64,000 nucleotides of DNA from Batkoa obscura (Eukaryota): positions 558,001 through 622,000 of the forward strand of contig JASVEC010000025.1 in assembly GCA_030770535.1 (NCBI GenBank), given 5' to 3'. A program made the translations under genes and the position numbers. This document shows positions 12,250-27,735 of this stretch, one piece after another. Within the stretch, counting starts at the first letter, position 1. Every line of letters starts with the position of its first letter. The notes under the pieces are model-generated. The model saw nothing but the letters and a program-made list of their open reading frames with translations. It made no database searches and was not told where the DNA came from.

Positions 12250-13950
12250 ATGCAAGTTTTATAACTAAACTTCGAAATGGAATTTCTAAAAACTTTAATA
12301 CAATAGGGAGAAGCACATTACATAAAAATTGTAATCCATTTACATCAATTTTATCAACTATTCATAATAACCCAGGGTTTATGGAATTTTATAATAAAAC
12401 AAAAAAAAGAAAAGAAATGTTATTAAATTTTACTATTAATGATAACAGACTTAATCAAGCAATGTATAAAGTTAGTGCTTTAAAGGAAACAGGAAATAAA
12501 AACCAACAAGTAGTATTATTATCGACTATAACTTCAGTATATTCTTTTGATGAATGTAAAAGTTTTGGATTTAATATAAATAGAAATCAATATGATTATT
12601 CAAAAATAATTAACAATAATAAAATACTAACGTTACGACCTACTATCAAAAATACAAAAAAAATTAAAGATGAGCAAATTGAGATTATTATACAATATTT
12701 ACTTGATAATTCAACTATTTCATCAAGATTTAATAAAAAAAATAATGATAATAAATATTTGTCAGATAATATATATTAAATAAAAGTAGAAGAATGATAT
12801 ACAGCAAATATTTTAATGATTTAAAAGATAAAACAGTAGCTAGGTCAACATTTCTCAAATATATACCAAATAATTTTAAAAATTTAGCAAGAAAAACAGA
12901 TTTGTGTAATATATGTGCCCAGTATACAGTTAGAAAAAAGTTATTTGAAAATAAAATAAATACAGCGACAGAAAATAAAGCAGAGATAGAGGAATCTTTT
13001 AATAAAGAAAAAAGGTTATATAAATTACATGAATTTTGTGTTGATACTCAAAAAAACATACTTAATGAAATTATTAAAAAATTAAATAATAGAAGTTGTA
13101 TAATAATTTTAGACTTTAAACAAAATATGAGAATAGGAATGAGACCAGATCCAATAAATTTAGATCATTATAATAAACAAGCTATATCAGTATTAGGGTT
13201 TGGCATTTTATATTTAAAAAATGATAAAACAATAGGTAAAGTTTATTTTGATTATTTATCTGAAATATTAAATCATGATTCAGCATATGCAGGAGATTGT
13301 TTAATTGATTTGATATCTAAAGAGTTTTTATTTAAAAAGTTTACAAAAATTAATATATGGACAGATACAGGATATCATTTTAAATCTCAAGACTTTTTGC
13401 ATTATATATTTGAAGAAATTTATAAAATAAATAGTAGTTTAAATATTGATCTTGATTTTTTTGCTGAGCATCATGGAAAAAGTATAGTTGACGGACATTT
13501 TGGAAATCTTTCACAGTGGAAAAATAATCTTGAAGCATTAAGTAAAGTAGAAGATATTGATCAACTAATTTCAAAATTTGAGATTTTTATTTGTGAACAT
13601 AATAGATTTAATAACTCAACTGTCAATAATGGGAAAACAAATATAATTTTTAAAAAGTATGAAAGAAACAAAAATACAAAAAAGATAATAAAAATAAAAG
13701 GTATTAAAAAGTATTTATATTTTGTTAAGCGTGGTAATAAACTACACTGTTATCCAGTATCTGGTAGATCAAAAAAAGCGATATGATCCCAATTGAAGTT
13801 ATAGAGTCTATAGAGGATAGAAAAATTAAAAGATCAACTCCAATTTATCTTACAAAAATAACTGAAAATTTAAAAGTTTCAATATTTATTAAGCAAGTAA
13901 GTAGCTTATTAAATGATAGAAATCAATTATTAAATGTTGATATTACTTAA
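12250..13950 (+). pseudogene. Frameshifted Sola2-like DDD transposase
   Basis: IILDFKQN, WTDTGYHFKSQ and FFAEHHGKSIVDGHFG motifs. Frameshifts just after the ATG, at ~12770 and at ~13775. Confidence 0.85.
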
Positions 13951-15678
13951 ATTAATAATAGCCAAGTTAATAGATAGTCAAAGGGTAAGTAGTTGTAATA
14001 ATAAGTAAAAACTATTATTATATTGTTTGTGTTACATAGGGATGGTTGATTATAGTTTTGGGGCTAACCACTCCCTCCCATGCAGCTATTTATTAACTTA
14101 GCGATATATTAATAATGTAATTATAGCATTAAAATTATTTATTTATTTAATAACAAATTTGAAATGTTGGCTATAAAGTAGCAGTCAATAATAAATATGC
14201 ATTTATTTACATACTACAACTTTGATTGGTATCAATATATAGGCTATATTAGTAAAAGCTTTACTAATTCGGGGACTTTTATTAAATTTAGTAAAAATCC
14301 TGCTAACTTATGACATGTATTATAATAAAACAGTTTAAAACTGTACCGGGTACTTTTGGTTTTTAATAAAGAATTTATTTTTATATAATTTTAAGCAAAG
14401 CTTTTAAGTATAAAATATTTAAAAATTGGATAAAAAAATGAAACCGATTCGGACATCTCCAAATACTATAAAAAAGAGTACATTTTTTAATTAATTTATT
14501 TAAGATTTATTATACTGACTTGTATTTTATAATAATGATAAAGCTTTCATATTTAAAATTTAAATCATTGCTTGATTAGAAAGCAATAGGAAAACAAATT
14601 ATAAAACTTATAAATAAGGATTTGTGCTAAATCATTAAATGGGTACTTTGATGTTTTAGTGCATTATGTTTATTTATCATGCATGTTAGGCGGAAAAGGT
14701 ATGAAAATCAACATCAAAAGTCTAAACAATTTCATGTACAATATTTAAAGTCATTTTATCCTTTTTTGATTTTGTTTGATACGAATCTCAATTTTTACTA
14801 AAAGCTTTCAGATGTATTTAGGCGTTTGTCTTATATAAAGGGGCTTTTACAGATAAAGATCCCTTTCTAAAAATAATAAATAGGATAATATGAGTGTACA
14901 TATTAGAAAGGCAATGGAACTGTGTGTGCTTGGATATTGTATTGTATCTATACATATATATGTTGAATATAATAGATATTTCCATTGTGTTCTATTGATT
15001 TAGAGCATCCAAAGTTTATGAATAAAGCTTGGTAACATTTAGTTTAGGCTGATTTGTAGTGCTAAATAAGATTATTGCACAAAGGGAAGAATCATTCAAT
15101 TTAATGATATTTGGTATTTGACTTTCTATGTACTTGTTTACAAATTAATTAAAGCTTTGAACTGTATTCTGAACTAGAGTTGTTTAAATGCTTTTATTCT
15201 TTTCAATGTAAACTGTGCTATTATAGTAAAATATTCAAACAAATTGAATGGGATTACAAAATTTAAGTTATTTTAATTAAAATCATAATTCTTTTTAAAA
15301 CGGGGTTTGACAAACAAATTAATCATATTTAAAGGAAAGAAGGTTCAAATTTTGAGCCATAAGATTTGAGGATAAAAAAATCGCTAAAATTAAAACTAAT
15401 ATAAAATAAAAGCAGTGTTGGATTTTAAACTATATTTTAACTAACGTATTAGCAGCATTGTTTGTTTAACGTAACTAAAATATTCTATTGTGTTGTCATA
15501 TTATTTAGCTAGCCGGTTATATTATTTAAATACCCTGTTTTATTCTTGCTAATTAATTTTAAATTCAAAGCTCTAAGAACCATAGCAATCTTACAATCCC
15601 TTTTAAAATCAATTTGTTATAAAAGCAGAGAGCTGGTAAAAGAACATAGAGTAAATCGAGACCAACTAAGGAACATAT

Positions 15679-15776
15679 GGGGATGTATTTTTTTGTTTAA
15701 GAATTTTACTAGCAGTTTTTCCACTTAAATAGCGCTTAAAAAATGGAAAAGTAATGAAACCAAAAAAAACACCCCC
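15679..15776 (-). mobile_element. Sola2-family MITE ~50 bp upstream of the GPCR ATG
   Basis: Consensus match; TSD ATAT/ATAT. Confidence 0.85.
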
Positions 15777-15824
15777 ATATAAAAAGAAATAAAAATATTT
15801 TAACGTTTTTAAATCCTTACCAAA

Positions 15825-16808
15825 ATGGGCCAAAATATTTTAGCTGTAGAAATCATTAGTGACGTATTAGGAGTCGTAAGTATCCTTTTGAACCTAATAG
15901 TAGCCATAACTGTGCTTTTATTACGTAAAGAATCCAACTTATTATTAGGTCTAAGCTTTATTTTGCTAACTGTTTCTTGTGATATTACCTTGCCCATCGT
16001 TGGAATAACTCAAGAAACAATCACTTTAACAAGCTACAATCCAATGCGAGATACAATAGGATGTCAAATTCTAGGAGTCTTTCATAATGTTTTGCCTATT
16101 GGTAGTAGTTGTGGGGTAACACTTTTATCTTTAGAGCGTTATCTAATCATCAAAGGTTTGAGAGTTCCTAAAATAATCCTTTGGACTACTGCAGCTACTA
16201 TAATTGGTGGTACTTTAACTTTAGCTATAATAACTGCTATCAATCACCAATTTGAGTATACGACTTCTCTTATGATATGTATGGGATCTCCAATAGGCGG
16301 GATTGCTAGTAGAAGCTTATATTGCTTTATGACAATTATATTGTTTACGAACACATTAATCATTCTTTATTGTTATTATGGTATTTTAAATATTAGAAAT
16401 GAAGCAAAGACATTGGCTAATATGAGTTTGGATTTTGATGATGATTCAATTAGGTTTATCTCATTGAGTGAAAGTAGAAATTCTAAGGATTATAAGCTTA
16501 AAGCTGTTATAGAAAGCGTAAAACAAGGCTTTAGGATGGAAAAAGAGTTAATATTAAAAGCTATATTATTTATAGCTTGTTATGGGCTATTTGTATTGCC
16601 ATGTATAGTTTTAATGACTTATCATAGTGTTATGTCCAATATTGATAATGATTTTATTTTAAATGGTGTGTTATCATCTATCATGTTTGCTTCCCTTTCT
16701 TCCTTTTCGCTTATCAATCCCATCCTTTTATTACTTCTTCATAATAAGGTATACAATAAGTTTAGGTTTTTATTTGTATCGCTCTTTAGTTGGCTTCAAC
16801 GTAAATAA
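15825..16808 (+). CDS. Intronless class-A (rhodopsin-like) 7TM GPCR
   Basis: Seven hydrophobic segments, TM3 GCQ...LSLERY motif, ECL2 Cys and TM7 INP. Confidence 0.8.
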   Translation: MGQNILAVEIISDVLGVVSILLNLIVAITVLLLRKESNLLLGLSFILLTVSCDITLPIVGITQETITLTSYNPMRDTIGCQILGVFHNVLPIGSSCGVTLLSLERYLIIKGLRVPKIILWTTAATIIGGTLTLAIITAINHQFEYTTSLMICMGSPIGGIASRSLYCFMTIILFTNTLIILYCYYGILNIRNEAKTLANMSLDFDDDSIRFISLSESRNSKDYKLKAVIESVKQGFRMEKELILKAILFIACYGLFVLPCIVLMTYHSVMSNIDNDFILNGVLSSIMFASLSSFSLINPILLLLLHNKVYNKFRFLFVSLFSWLQRK

Positions 16809-18363
16809 TTAACAACTCCCTACAAAACTCAATTAATTAATAAAGTTCTATTTATTTTTATTTTCTATATTAGAATAGTTGTTATCTTTTTAACTAAATG
16901 TTAAATTCGAATGACCATGTTTAAATGCTCAATTTTAAAAAAAACCTTCTTTCTATAAAAAACAGTCTTATTTTTAAGGAACTACCTTACTATTAGCCTA
17001 TTAATAACTCATACGATAGCAAACCTCTGTTTATTAATGCAGTCTTAAGAAAGTTTAGGCTTACTTGACGGTTATAAGTCTATTCTATACGTTAAGAGCA
17101 AAAGATGACTATGTTGTTAATTGACTTTAGTATTGACTTGGTTACTGACTTTCAATATTCCTAACCTCTTTGTCACTCTTTAAACCAAAAAAGCCAGTGG
17201 AGACTTTTGTTAACATTAAATTAGGCATATTACTGAGCTGAAAAGATAAATATAAGAGCCAAAGAAAGACCTAAGATGTAACCCTTTGCTTGGTTCTATT
17301 ATTGTAATGTGAACCAAACTAATATTGTATCTAGAGCTTCAATACTTTATACCTTATGATTTAATTTCCGTAAGGTTTCTAGTGATAAAATAGCATTTGT
17401 ATTACAGTAAAAGTTTTGATATTCAAGAAATCTTTTCATCAAAAAGTTATTTTGAAGGTATTGTAAAAGTCACATATGAGAATTCAAGAAAGCATTTAAT
17501 TGAGCTTTGGTGTTTGACATGCTTTGTGTATATATCAGGCTAGGGAGAACTGGACTAGAGATAAACATTAAATCACTAAATTAAATCCAAGTATGAGATT
17601 GAAGCAATCATTCTGTCTTTTTTAATCTTATCTAATTCAATAATATTCTATAATTATTTTCTTTAGGACTATTTAAAAAATTTCTTTTTTTTAATGGTAA
17701 TAATAAACAGTTTGATAAAACAAATGATATTTTTACATTTTATCTATTACTATAATTTTATACTTCATAATTTTCACTTAAATTTTTTAAATACTTTAAA
17801 TATTTGAAGACTTTTATTCGTTGTCGATAATGGGTAAAAATATAAATATTTTATGAAAGTGTTCTGGTAGGAAGAAAATGAACTTTGGGTTTAAATATAG
17901 CTATGTGTTAAATACAATAGTTAGTGAAAATACAGGTTTTTTAGCGGTATGATTTATTAATTATTGATTTTTTACACGAAGCTTCAATTGAGTATATATT
18001 TTTACTAAAGGTTTTATACGGTTATGCTCTATTGACTATTATACAATTTTATATATATTACTATTTTTTAAATCTTTACTTTTTAAGCTAAATATTTTTT
18101 ATTTGTTTTATCTTTACTGCTATTGATGATTATTTCGATTTCAAACATATTCAACTGCCAATCTGAAACACATCAATTATCATTTAAAAATAACCGAAAA
18201 ACTCAATGATAAAACAAATTAAGTTTGAAACTCAAATAATCAAATAATCAAATAATCAAAAAAAATACTCCATACAACCAATATTTTTTTCAATCTTTAT
18301 CTTTTATAATTTTTATTCATATTAAAGCAATATCACCCCAAAAGCAATAAACTAATACCGCCA

Positions 18364-19317
18364 ATGATCGTCCTCTTACCCCTTCTTTATTTACCATCGA
18401 TCCTGGCTCAACTACCTAGTCCTTCAATAAATAATACTAATTTAATATTAGAGCCCTTTAAAGCTCCTCCAGCTATGTTGATTGCTGAAAATGAAATCCC
18501 AGAATTAGATGAGCCAATAGCATCTTCTGTCAATACAGATATACCCCCACCACCAAACAGCATACCTCCAGTCATAGCTCCAGCTACATCAGTTGTCCCT
18601 GCGGCTACTCCGCCTGTTAATGAAGCAGTGGCATTCTCTCAACCTAATCCTCCTGCTGTTACTCCAGCTGCTAACCCACCCACTGTTAATTCACCACCAC
18701 CAGTTCCACCAGCTTCATCGGTACCACCAAATATAGATAATAAAGCACAGGTTGCGACACCAAGTATAGAAAATAAAATGTTGCCTATAACTGGTAGCAG
18801 TAACCTATCACCAAATCAAGAGAATAAAGTGGAGTCAGTACCAAGTACTACAGTAATTCAAGGAAGTGCAATTAATCCAAATCCAGTGACACCGATTGGA
18901 GGTAATGCAGCTGGATTGAATACTACGATGAAAATGCAATTGCCATCAACAGGTTAGTTTTTAGTTCAATTTTATTGGATGCGTTTTTAGTTAATTTATT
19001 TTTTACTTACTTTAGCCTCTACTCCAACCAATACAGCCCCTTTCAGTAGTAGCAGTTCTTCAGACTCTTTAAAGATGACCACGATTACCACCAGTATGGG
19101 TATCCCTAATACTACAACATCTAGCAGCTCAAGTGATAATAACAGAAGTGAACCTAAAACTGATTCCGTTGAACTTACAATTCCTGCCGCTTCAGCTTCA
19201 AAAAGAGCTAGTGTTACTTATATCAATGAATTTGTTGATTCGAGTTCAATTTCCTTATCATTTAATTGCTCTATTTATATCTCTTTGTTTATTTTCTCTT
19301 TTATATCATTAAATTAA
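18364..19317 (+). CDS. Pro/Ser/Thr-rich secreted, probably GPI-anchored cell-surface protein (2 exons)
   Basis: Signal-peptide-like N-terminus, Pro-rich then Ser/Thr-rich body, hydrophobic C-terminus. Intron ~18953-19015. Confidence 0.7.
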
Positions 19318-19427
19318 TACAACTTATTAAAAACGAAATTTATTATATTATACATATACGCTATTTTTTATACATACATGAATTTTATTTTCTTATACTA
19401 GACAAAATAGGAAACATCACCTATTAT

Positions 19428-21078
<1,651 letters not shown>

Positions 21079-21643
21079 TTTTAAAAGTTAAATATTTAAA
21101 ACAAAAAAATTAAAGTTTATTTTAAGACTTTGAGTATTTATATATCATAACCTAATGGATGAATTCTTTTGATAAGTCGCTTTAAATCTGAAGTATAATA
21201 CCAATCATAGCTAACAAGTAATTATCCAACCTTAATTCATTGGCTCAATTTTATACTCCCACTACTAACTCAATTTTTCCAAGTTTAGTTGCCCTTTCTT
21301 ACACAAAAGTTGAAATTTAACCTAATTCATAGCCAATGAATTCTTTATCTTTAACTTTGCTTGCATCATCTCTGAAATTTATCAAAATCACATACGTCGA
21401 ATTTTAATGTTAAAATCTCCGAATTTTATTGGTCAATTTTTAAGCCTAATCTTTTATCATGGTAACTTTTATCCTTTTAATTTGAAATAACATGTTATCA
21501 AATCTATATGTTTATCTTATCATTTAATTTTATTCTATTATTATCATTATACTGTATTTGTTAAACAATCGTTTTAAAAAAATTAATTTATCAACAAAAT
21601 AGCTCCATTCTTAATCATCCTTTATTTCACAATACCCCTTACA

Positions 21644-22190
21644 TTATAGGCCCATCAATATGAACCCTACCATCAACATTGTTGTAGCACCAGTGATAAA
21701 GCCTGAAGCCTTAGAAGCTAAGAAGATACAAGTATCAGGAATTTCAATAGGATTACTAGATCTTTTCAAAGGAATTTTACTAGTTAATGAATCTAAACCA
21801 ACTCGTTCAATTGATCGTTTCGTCGTATTAATTTCAAAAAGTTCAAGTGCAATAACATTGACTAGGATCGGTCGGGCAGCTATATGATGTGCTAATACAC
21901 TAGTAGGATAATGCACAGCAGGTTCGGATACACCATATACAATAGTATTATATCCGGGTCGTATACCTTAGACGGAACCAATGTTAATAACATGAGCTGG
22001 ATCTTCGGGAGTGGAAGCTTCCTCAAGAGGGGAGAGTAAAGTGAGGAACAGGTTAGCTTAAGTTAGTCAACATAATAAATTAGAATTACGCTAAAGTAAA
22101 GAATAATGAAGTTTTAACATTCAAATCCATAGCACGATTGTAAGATTCGGTAGTAATATCTTCTAATTCAGGAACTGAGGCGGCTAACTC
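21644..22190 (-). pseudogene. 5'-truncated SDR pseudogene, paralogue of 31004-32129
   Basis: High similarity to the intact SDR, including intron position and 3' flank. In-frame TAA at 21968-21970 (CAA in the paralogue) and a 1-nt deletion near 21680. Confidence 0.85.
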
Positions 22191-22417
22191 TGATTAAAAA
22201 ATTTAAGTAGAAAAATAATTTATGTTATTAACAAATTATATAAAAGATTGATAAAAAAAATAATATAATTAAAAAACAAAATGAGTTTATTAAAACTAAG
22301 CACAATAAAATCTTAAAATATAGAAATAATATTTTTTAGAATTAAAAGGTATAAATTTTTATAGTAAATCTAAATAAAAAAACTTTAAATTGTTTATACA
22401 TGAATTTATAAACATAT

Positions 22418-22512
22418 AAGGATATTTTTTGGCTTCATCACTTTTTCCATGTTTTAAGCGCTACTTGAGAGGAAAAATTGCTAGTAAAATTCTTACACAA
22501 AAATACATCCAC
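22418..22512 (+). mobile_element. Sola2-family MITE (degenerate)
   Basis: Consensus match. Confidence 0.7.
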
Positions 22513-23193
22513 GTATTCAATCTTGGTAGCAAAATCACCTAAAATTAATTAACTTTATATGAGCTATAATTAAATTGATTGTAAAAATGCAATTACTGCT
22601 ATAATTAGTCTAAGTCATTATTTTAATACAATCAATTATTAAATTGGTAAAGCAATATTTCATATTTCCCTTTTTATGATTTGATATAGTGAATTTATTT
22701 ACTTGGGGATATCCGAATTGGTTTCAGAATTTACTTAAAAATCAATCCAAATTTTAAGTTTTTAAATTTATAAGTCGTTAACATGTGATTGGTTAAATCT
22801 AAAAAAGCTTAAAATTAAAAAAATTTAAGACTTATTTCAATTATCTCATTCTTTTAAATAAATATTTTTTTAGTTATATGCTTTATACTATTTTTGTTAA
22901 ATGTTTAAATTAATTTTATTAAATGTTTAATAAATGTTTAATACGTATATAGTTATTTTATTTAATTTTTTATTAAAATAAAAACAAAATGCAAGCTTTT
23001 ATAACTAAATTTCAAAATAAAAATTTTAAAAATTTAAAAATAGTAAAGAGAAGCACACAATATAAATATTGTAATTCATTTACGTTAATTTTAACGACTA
23101 TTTATAATAACCCAGAGCTTATGGCATTTTATAGTAAAACAAAAAAAATAAATAAAGTTTATTATTAATAATAAATTTAATCAAGCAATATAC

Positions 23194-23657
23194 TGTGAAA
23201 GTTGGTACTCAATAGTAGGAGTTAAAAGTAGTTCTTGCTTAATTAAATGGCCATAAGTCAAAAGGTCTTAGTTTATATAGCTAAGATAGACTTAAATTAG
23301 TAAGGATGGTATGTAATAAGCTATGAACTACGTAAAACAAATAGAATAGATAATACTACTGTAAAATCTACGTAATATATTGTCAGAAAGACTTAGTGGC
23401 TTTATTAATAGTACGATATCAGGGAATAATTCAATTAAAAAGCCTCAAGCTATTATGTTGAAGAATATGTTTTATACTCCAACAAGTATGGATATCAAAG
23501 CGAGAGGATGATATTCTTTGCAATATGAAGTTAGAAATTCTCGCAGCAAACCAAAATAAGGGACTCTGACTTGATTGTGTTTGAACTTGAGAACACAGCA
23601 ACTTAAGTGATTATTGTGTTATAATCAATTCGAGAGCTAATAAAGCAATATTTCATA
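23194..23657 (-). mobile_element. Solo-LTR-like element
   Basis: TGTGAAA...TTTCATA interrupting the transposase; 4-bp TSD ATAC/ATAT. Confidence 0.75.
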
Positions 23658-24367
23658 ATATAAAGTTAATGCTTTGAAAGAAACAAGAAATAAAAACTAG
23701 TAAATAGCGTTATTATTAACTATAGGTTTAGTATATTTTTTTGATAAATGCAAGAGCTTTAGATTTAATATAAGTAAATATTAATATAAAGGTGTTTTTT
23801 TAGCTTTATCACTTTTTCTATCTTTAAGCACTATTTAAATAAAAAAATTCTTAAAAAGTTCTTAAACATAAAAATATATGGGGGTGTTTTTTTTGGTTTC
23901 ATTATTTTTTCTATTTTTTAAGCGTTATTTGAGAGGAAAGATTGTTAGTAAAATTCTTAAACAAAAAAATACATCCCCACATACTAAATACTTATAAAAA
24001 TATAGCAAGAAAAACAGATTTATGTAATATATGTGCACAGTATACAGTTAAAAATAATAATTTAAAAACAAGATAGATACAACGATAAAAAACAACAAAG
24101 ATAAAAAAATGATTTATAAAAAAAAGTTATATAAATTTTATAAATTTTATATTAACACTTAAAAAAACATATTTAATAAAACTATTAAAAAATTGAATAA
24201 TAAAAGTTGTATAATAATTTTAGATTTTAAACAAAATATGAGAATAGGAACAAGACCAGATCTAATAAACTTAGATCATTATAATAAACAAGCTATATTA
24301 ATATTAAAGTTTAATGTTTTATATTTAAAAAAATTTCTAAAGTAAACAATAGCTTGAAAATTAATTT

Positions 24368-25016
24368 TGTGAAATATTGCTTTATCAGCTCTCGGATTAG
24401 TTATGATATAATAATCACTTAACTTGTTTGCAAAACTAGCTGTAGTCTTGTAATCTATTTGTCCGTGATTCATATGGTACAGTCAACTCAGAGTTCCTTA
24501 TTTTGATTTGCTGTGAGAATTACTACCACCTGATCACGAAGAACTTATTGTCCACGTTTTAATGTTTATACTTGGTAACTATAATAAGGAATAACTGTTA
24601 TAACGTTCCTTATATGAGGATGTTTTTTTTGGTTTCATCACTTTTCCATTTTTTAAGCACTATTTGAGTGGAAAGATTGTTGGTAGAATTCTTAAACAAA
24701 AAAATACACCCCTATATAGCCACCCAGTTGGAGTATAAAAGAGATTCTTCAACATAATAGCTTGAGGCTTTTTAATTGAATTATTCCCTGATATCGTACT
24801 ATTAATAAAGCCACTAAGTCTTTCTGACAATATCTTACGTAGATTTTACAGTAGTATTATCTATTCTATTTGTTTTACGTAGTTGGTAATTTATTACGTA
24901 TTATTCTTATTCATTTAAGTCTATCTTAGTTATATAAACTAAGACCTTTTGACTTATGGCCATTTAATTAAGCAAGAACTACTTTTAACTCCTACTATTG
25001 AGTACCAACTTTCACA
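24368..25016 (+). mobile_element. Solo-LTR-like element (long variant, contains a MITE)
   Basis: TGTGAAATATTG...CTTTCACA; internal TATAAAA followed ~65 nt later by AATAAA. Confidence 0.75.
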
Positions 25017-25535
25017 ATTGTTATCCAGTATCTGATAAATTAAAAAAAGTGATATAATTCCAATTAAAGTTATAAAGTCTATAGAAAATAGAAAAATTAA
25101 AAGATTAACCTTAGGCTTATCTTATAAAAATAATAGAAAATTTAAAAGTTTCAATATTTATTAAGCAAGTAAGTAGTTTATTAAATGATAGAAATCAATT
25201 ATTAAATGTTGATATTACTTGAGCTATTAATAGTTAAGTTAATAAATAGCCAAAAAGCAAGTAGTTGTAATAACAAGTAAAAACTATCATTATACTGCTT
25301 GTGTTACATAGGGATGGTTAATCATAGCTTTGGGGCCAACCACTTCCTCCCATGTAGCTATTTATTAACTTAGTGATATATTGATAATATGATTATAACA
25401 CTAAAATAATTCAAAACTGTATCGGATACTTTGGTTTTTAATAAAGAATTTATTTTTATATAATTTTAAGCAAAGTTTTAAAATATAAAATATTTAAAAA
25501 TTGGATAAAAAAACGAAACCAATTCGGACACCCCC

Positions 25536-27131
25536 GTATTATTAAAATATTTATGCAAATATGTTATATGATAACTTAATAGCAATATTATAACATTTAT
25601 AATATTTGCTATGTTTTGAAAAGTACAACAAATAATAAGCTTTGACTTTTTTTAAAACTATAATTTTTTTTTTATTGATTGACTTTAAAATTTTGGTTAG
25701 CTTTTATAGTTTTTTCTATCTCAAACATTTTAGAAAAAGGTGTAAAATTAAGCTGAATAAAGTTGCAGCAGCTGTTATAAAAAGCTAATTGTTTGTTACT
25801 AAGAGAGGACCACTGCTTATCAGCTTCCGAACCTAACCCCCACAGTTGACGTTCATGTATAATTTTGACAACTAAGTAAATTTATCATATTATTAATTAT
25901 GCTAATGCAACGTTAAATCTAGATTTATCAAATTGCTTGAATAATCATAATATGATATTTAAATAATTAGTTGGCTAAATTTTACAGCTAAGTATCGGGA
26001 AACATTAATGTCAAATTAGCAACAATTTTCAATTAAACATTGTTAAATATATATATTCTACTCTATTATGTATGGTAAAATATCTTATTGTTATACCCAT
26101 TGTGGGAATTACTGGAATAAATATTTGCTAGTAATAAACTAATGATTGGTTAATTAGCAAACTGTTTGATAACTAAATTCCAATAAACACAATTAGCTTT
26201 AGCTAATAAACACCAATTCGACAAAAATAACTATTAAAACGCAGAAAATTTAATCAAAATTTACAAAAGTAGTTAATTAAAATACAGTAAACATTAAATA
26301 TTTGGTCTATTTGATGTCAAACGTCCTGCTTGTTGTATTTTGATTAATTATTTTTGTAGAATCGGTGTTTATTAGCTAAAGCTAATTGTGTTTATTGGAA
26401 TTTAGTTATCAAACAGTTTGCTAATTAACCAATCATTAGTTTATTACTAGCAAATATTTATTCCAGTAATTCCCACAATGGGTATAACAATAAGATATTT
26501 TACCATACATAATAGAGTAGAATATATATATTTAACAATGTTTAATTGAAAATTGTTGCTAATTTGACATGCTTGTTTCCCCGATGAATTTAGCTGTAAA
26601 ATTTAGATAGCTAACTACTTAAATGTCATCTTATGATTATTCTTCAAGCAATTTGATCTGAATTTAACATTGCATTAGCATAATTAATAATATGATAAAT
26701 TTACTTAGTTGTCAAAATTATACATGAACGTCAACTGTGGGGGTTAGGTTCGGAAGCTGATAAGCAGTGGTCCTCTCTTAGTAACAAACAATTAGACTTT
26801 TTATAACAGCTGCTGCAATTTTATTCAGCTTAATTATACCTTTTTCTAAAATGTTTGAGATAGAAAAAACTATAAAAGCTAACCAAAATTTTAAAAAGTT
26901 AATCAATTTAAAAATAAATCGGTTTTAGAAAAAACTAAAGCCTAGTGTTTTTTTATATACTTTTCAGAACATTATAAATATTATAAATATTGCTAATAAG
27001 CTATCATACGGGGGTGTTTTTTTTGGTTTCATCACTTTTTCCATTCAAATAGTGCTTAAAAAATGAAAAAGTGATGAAGCCAGAAAAAACACCCCCATAT
27101 AGCAGATTCGCATAAAAATTTGATAATATAT
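25536..27131. repeat. Foldback palindrome, copy 2 (~700-bp arms, ~120-170-bp spacer)
   Basis: Homologous to 6235-7574. The arms pair out to ~26230/26350. The right arm is interrupted by a MITE at 27010-27096. Confidence 0.9.
27010..27096. mobile_element. Sola2-family MITE, self-symmetrical (left-left) variant
   Basis: Both ends are GGGGGTGTTTT..GG(T/C)TTCATCACTTTTT; TSD ATAC/ATAT. Confidence 0.75.
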
Positions 27132-27229
27132 AGGGGTGTATTTTTTTGGTTAAGAATTTTACTAACAATTTTTCCACTCAAATAACCCTTAAAAATGGAA
27201 AAAGTAATGAAACCAAAAAAAACATCCTC
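27132..27229 (-). mobile_element. Sola2-family MITE
   Basis: Consensus match; ATAT flanks. Confidence 0.8.
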
Positions 27230-27375
27230 ATATAATGAAGTTATAACTAAGTTTGCTTTTATAAAAATTTAAAATTAACTTCCATTATATACATATATTA
27301 TTATAACAAATACAATAGTTTAATTTATATTATATTACATTATATCAATCAGCTTTATTTTAATATATTTTACAG

Positions 27376-27735
27376 TATGAAAGTTGGTACTCAGTAGTAG
27401 GGTTGAAAACATTTCTTGGTTGATTAACTTGCCTTGAGTCGAACGGCCTTAGTTTGTATAACTAATATATACTTAAATGAATAAGAATAATACGCAATAA
27501 ACTACGAACTATGTAAAGCAAATAGAATAGACAATGCTACTGTAAAATCTACGTAAGATGTTGTCAGAAAGACTTAGTGGCTTTATTAATGATACGATAT
27601 CAAGGAGCAACTCAGTTAAAAAGCCTCGAGTTACCATGCTGAAGAATCTGTTTTATACTCCAACTAGTTTTGTAAACAAGTTAAGTGATTATTATGCGAT
27701 AATCAATCATAGAGCTGATGAAACGATATTTCACA
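27376..27735 (-). mobile_element. Solo-LTR-like element at the left end of S3
   Basis: Same right junction (TTTCACAgtgttttg) as 11798-12158 but a different left flank. Confidence 0.7.

Larger units (their letters stand above)
11628..14460 (+). mobile_element. Sola2-like DNA transposon, full-length copy S1
   Basis: TIRs GGGGATGTCCGAATTGGTTTCA / TGAAACCGATTCGGACATCTCC enclosing a transposase gene. Confidence 0.85.
22705..25535 (+). mobile_element. Degenerate Sola2-like copy S2 with nested LTR-like elements and MITEs
   Basis: Both TIRs present; transposase decayed and partly deleted. MITEs at ~23788-23878, 23880-23978 and 24616-24713. Confidence 0.85.

Noticed and set aside
14620..15200. Possible decayed membrane-protein or TE coding sequence (similar case at 16950-17620)
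   Set aside because: No sustained frame or motif that I can identify.
15825..16808. GPCR as a type-2 opsin photoreceptor
   Set aside because: No Lys at the TM7 Schiff-base position.
21190..21440. Several CCAAT/ATTGG boxes upstream of enolase
   Set aside because: Plausible promoter elements, but short motifs alone are not enough evidence.
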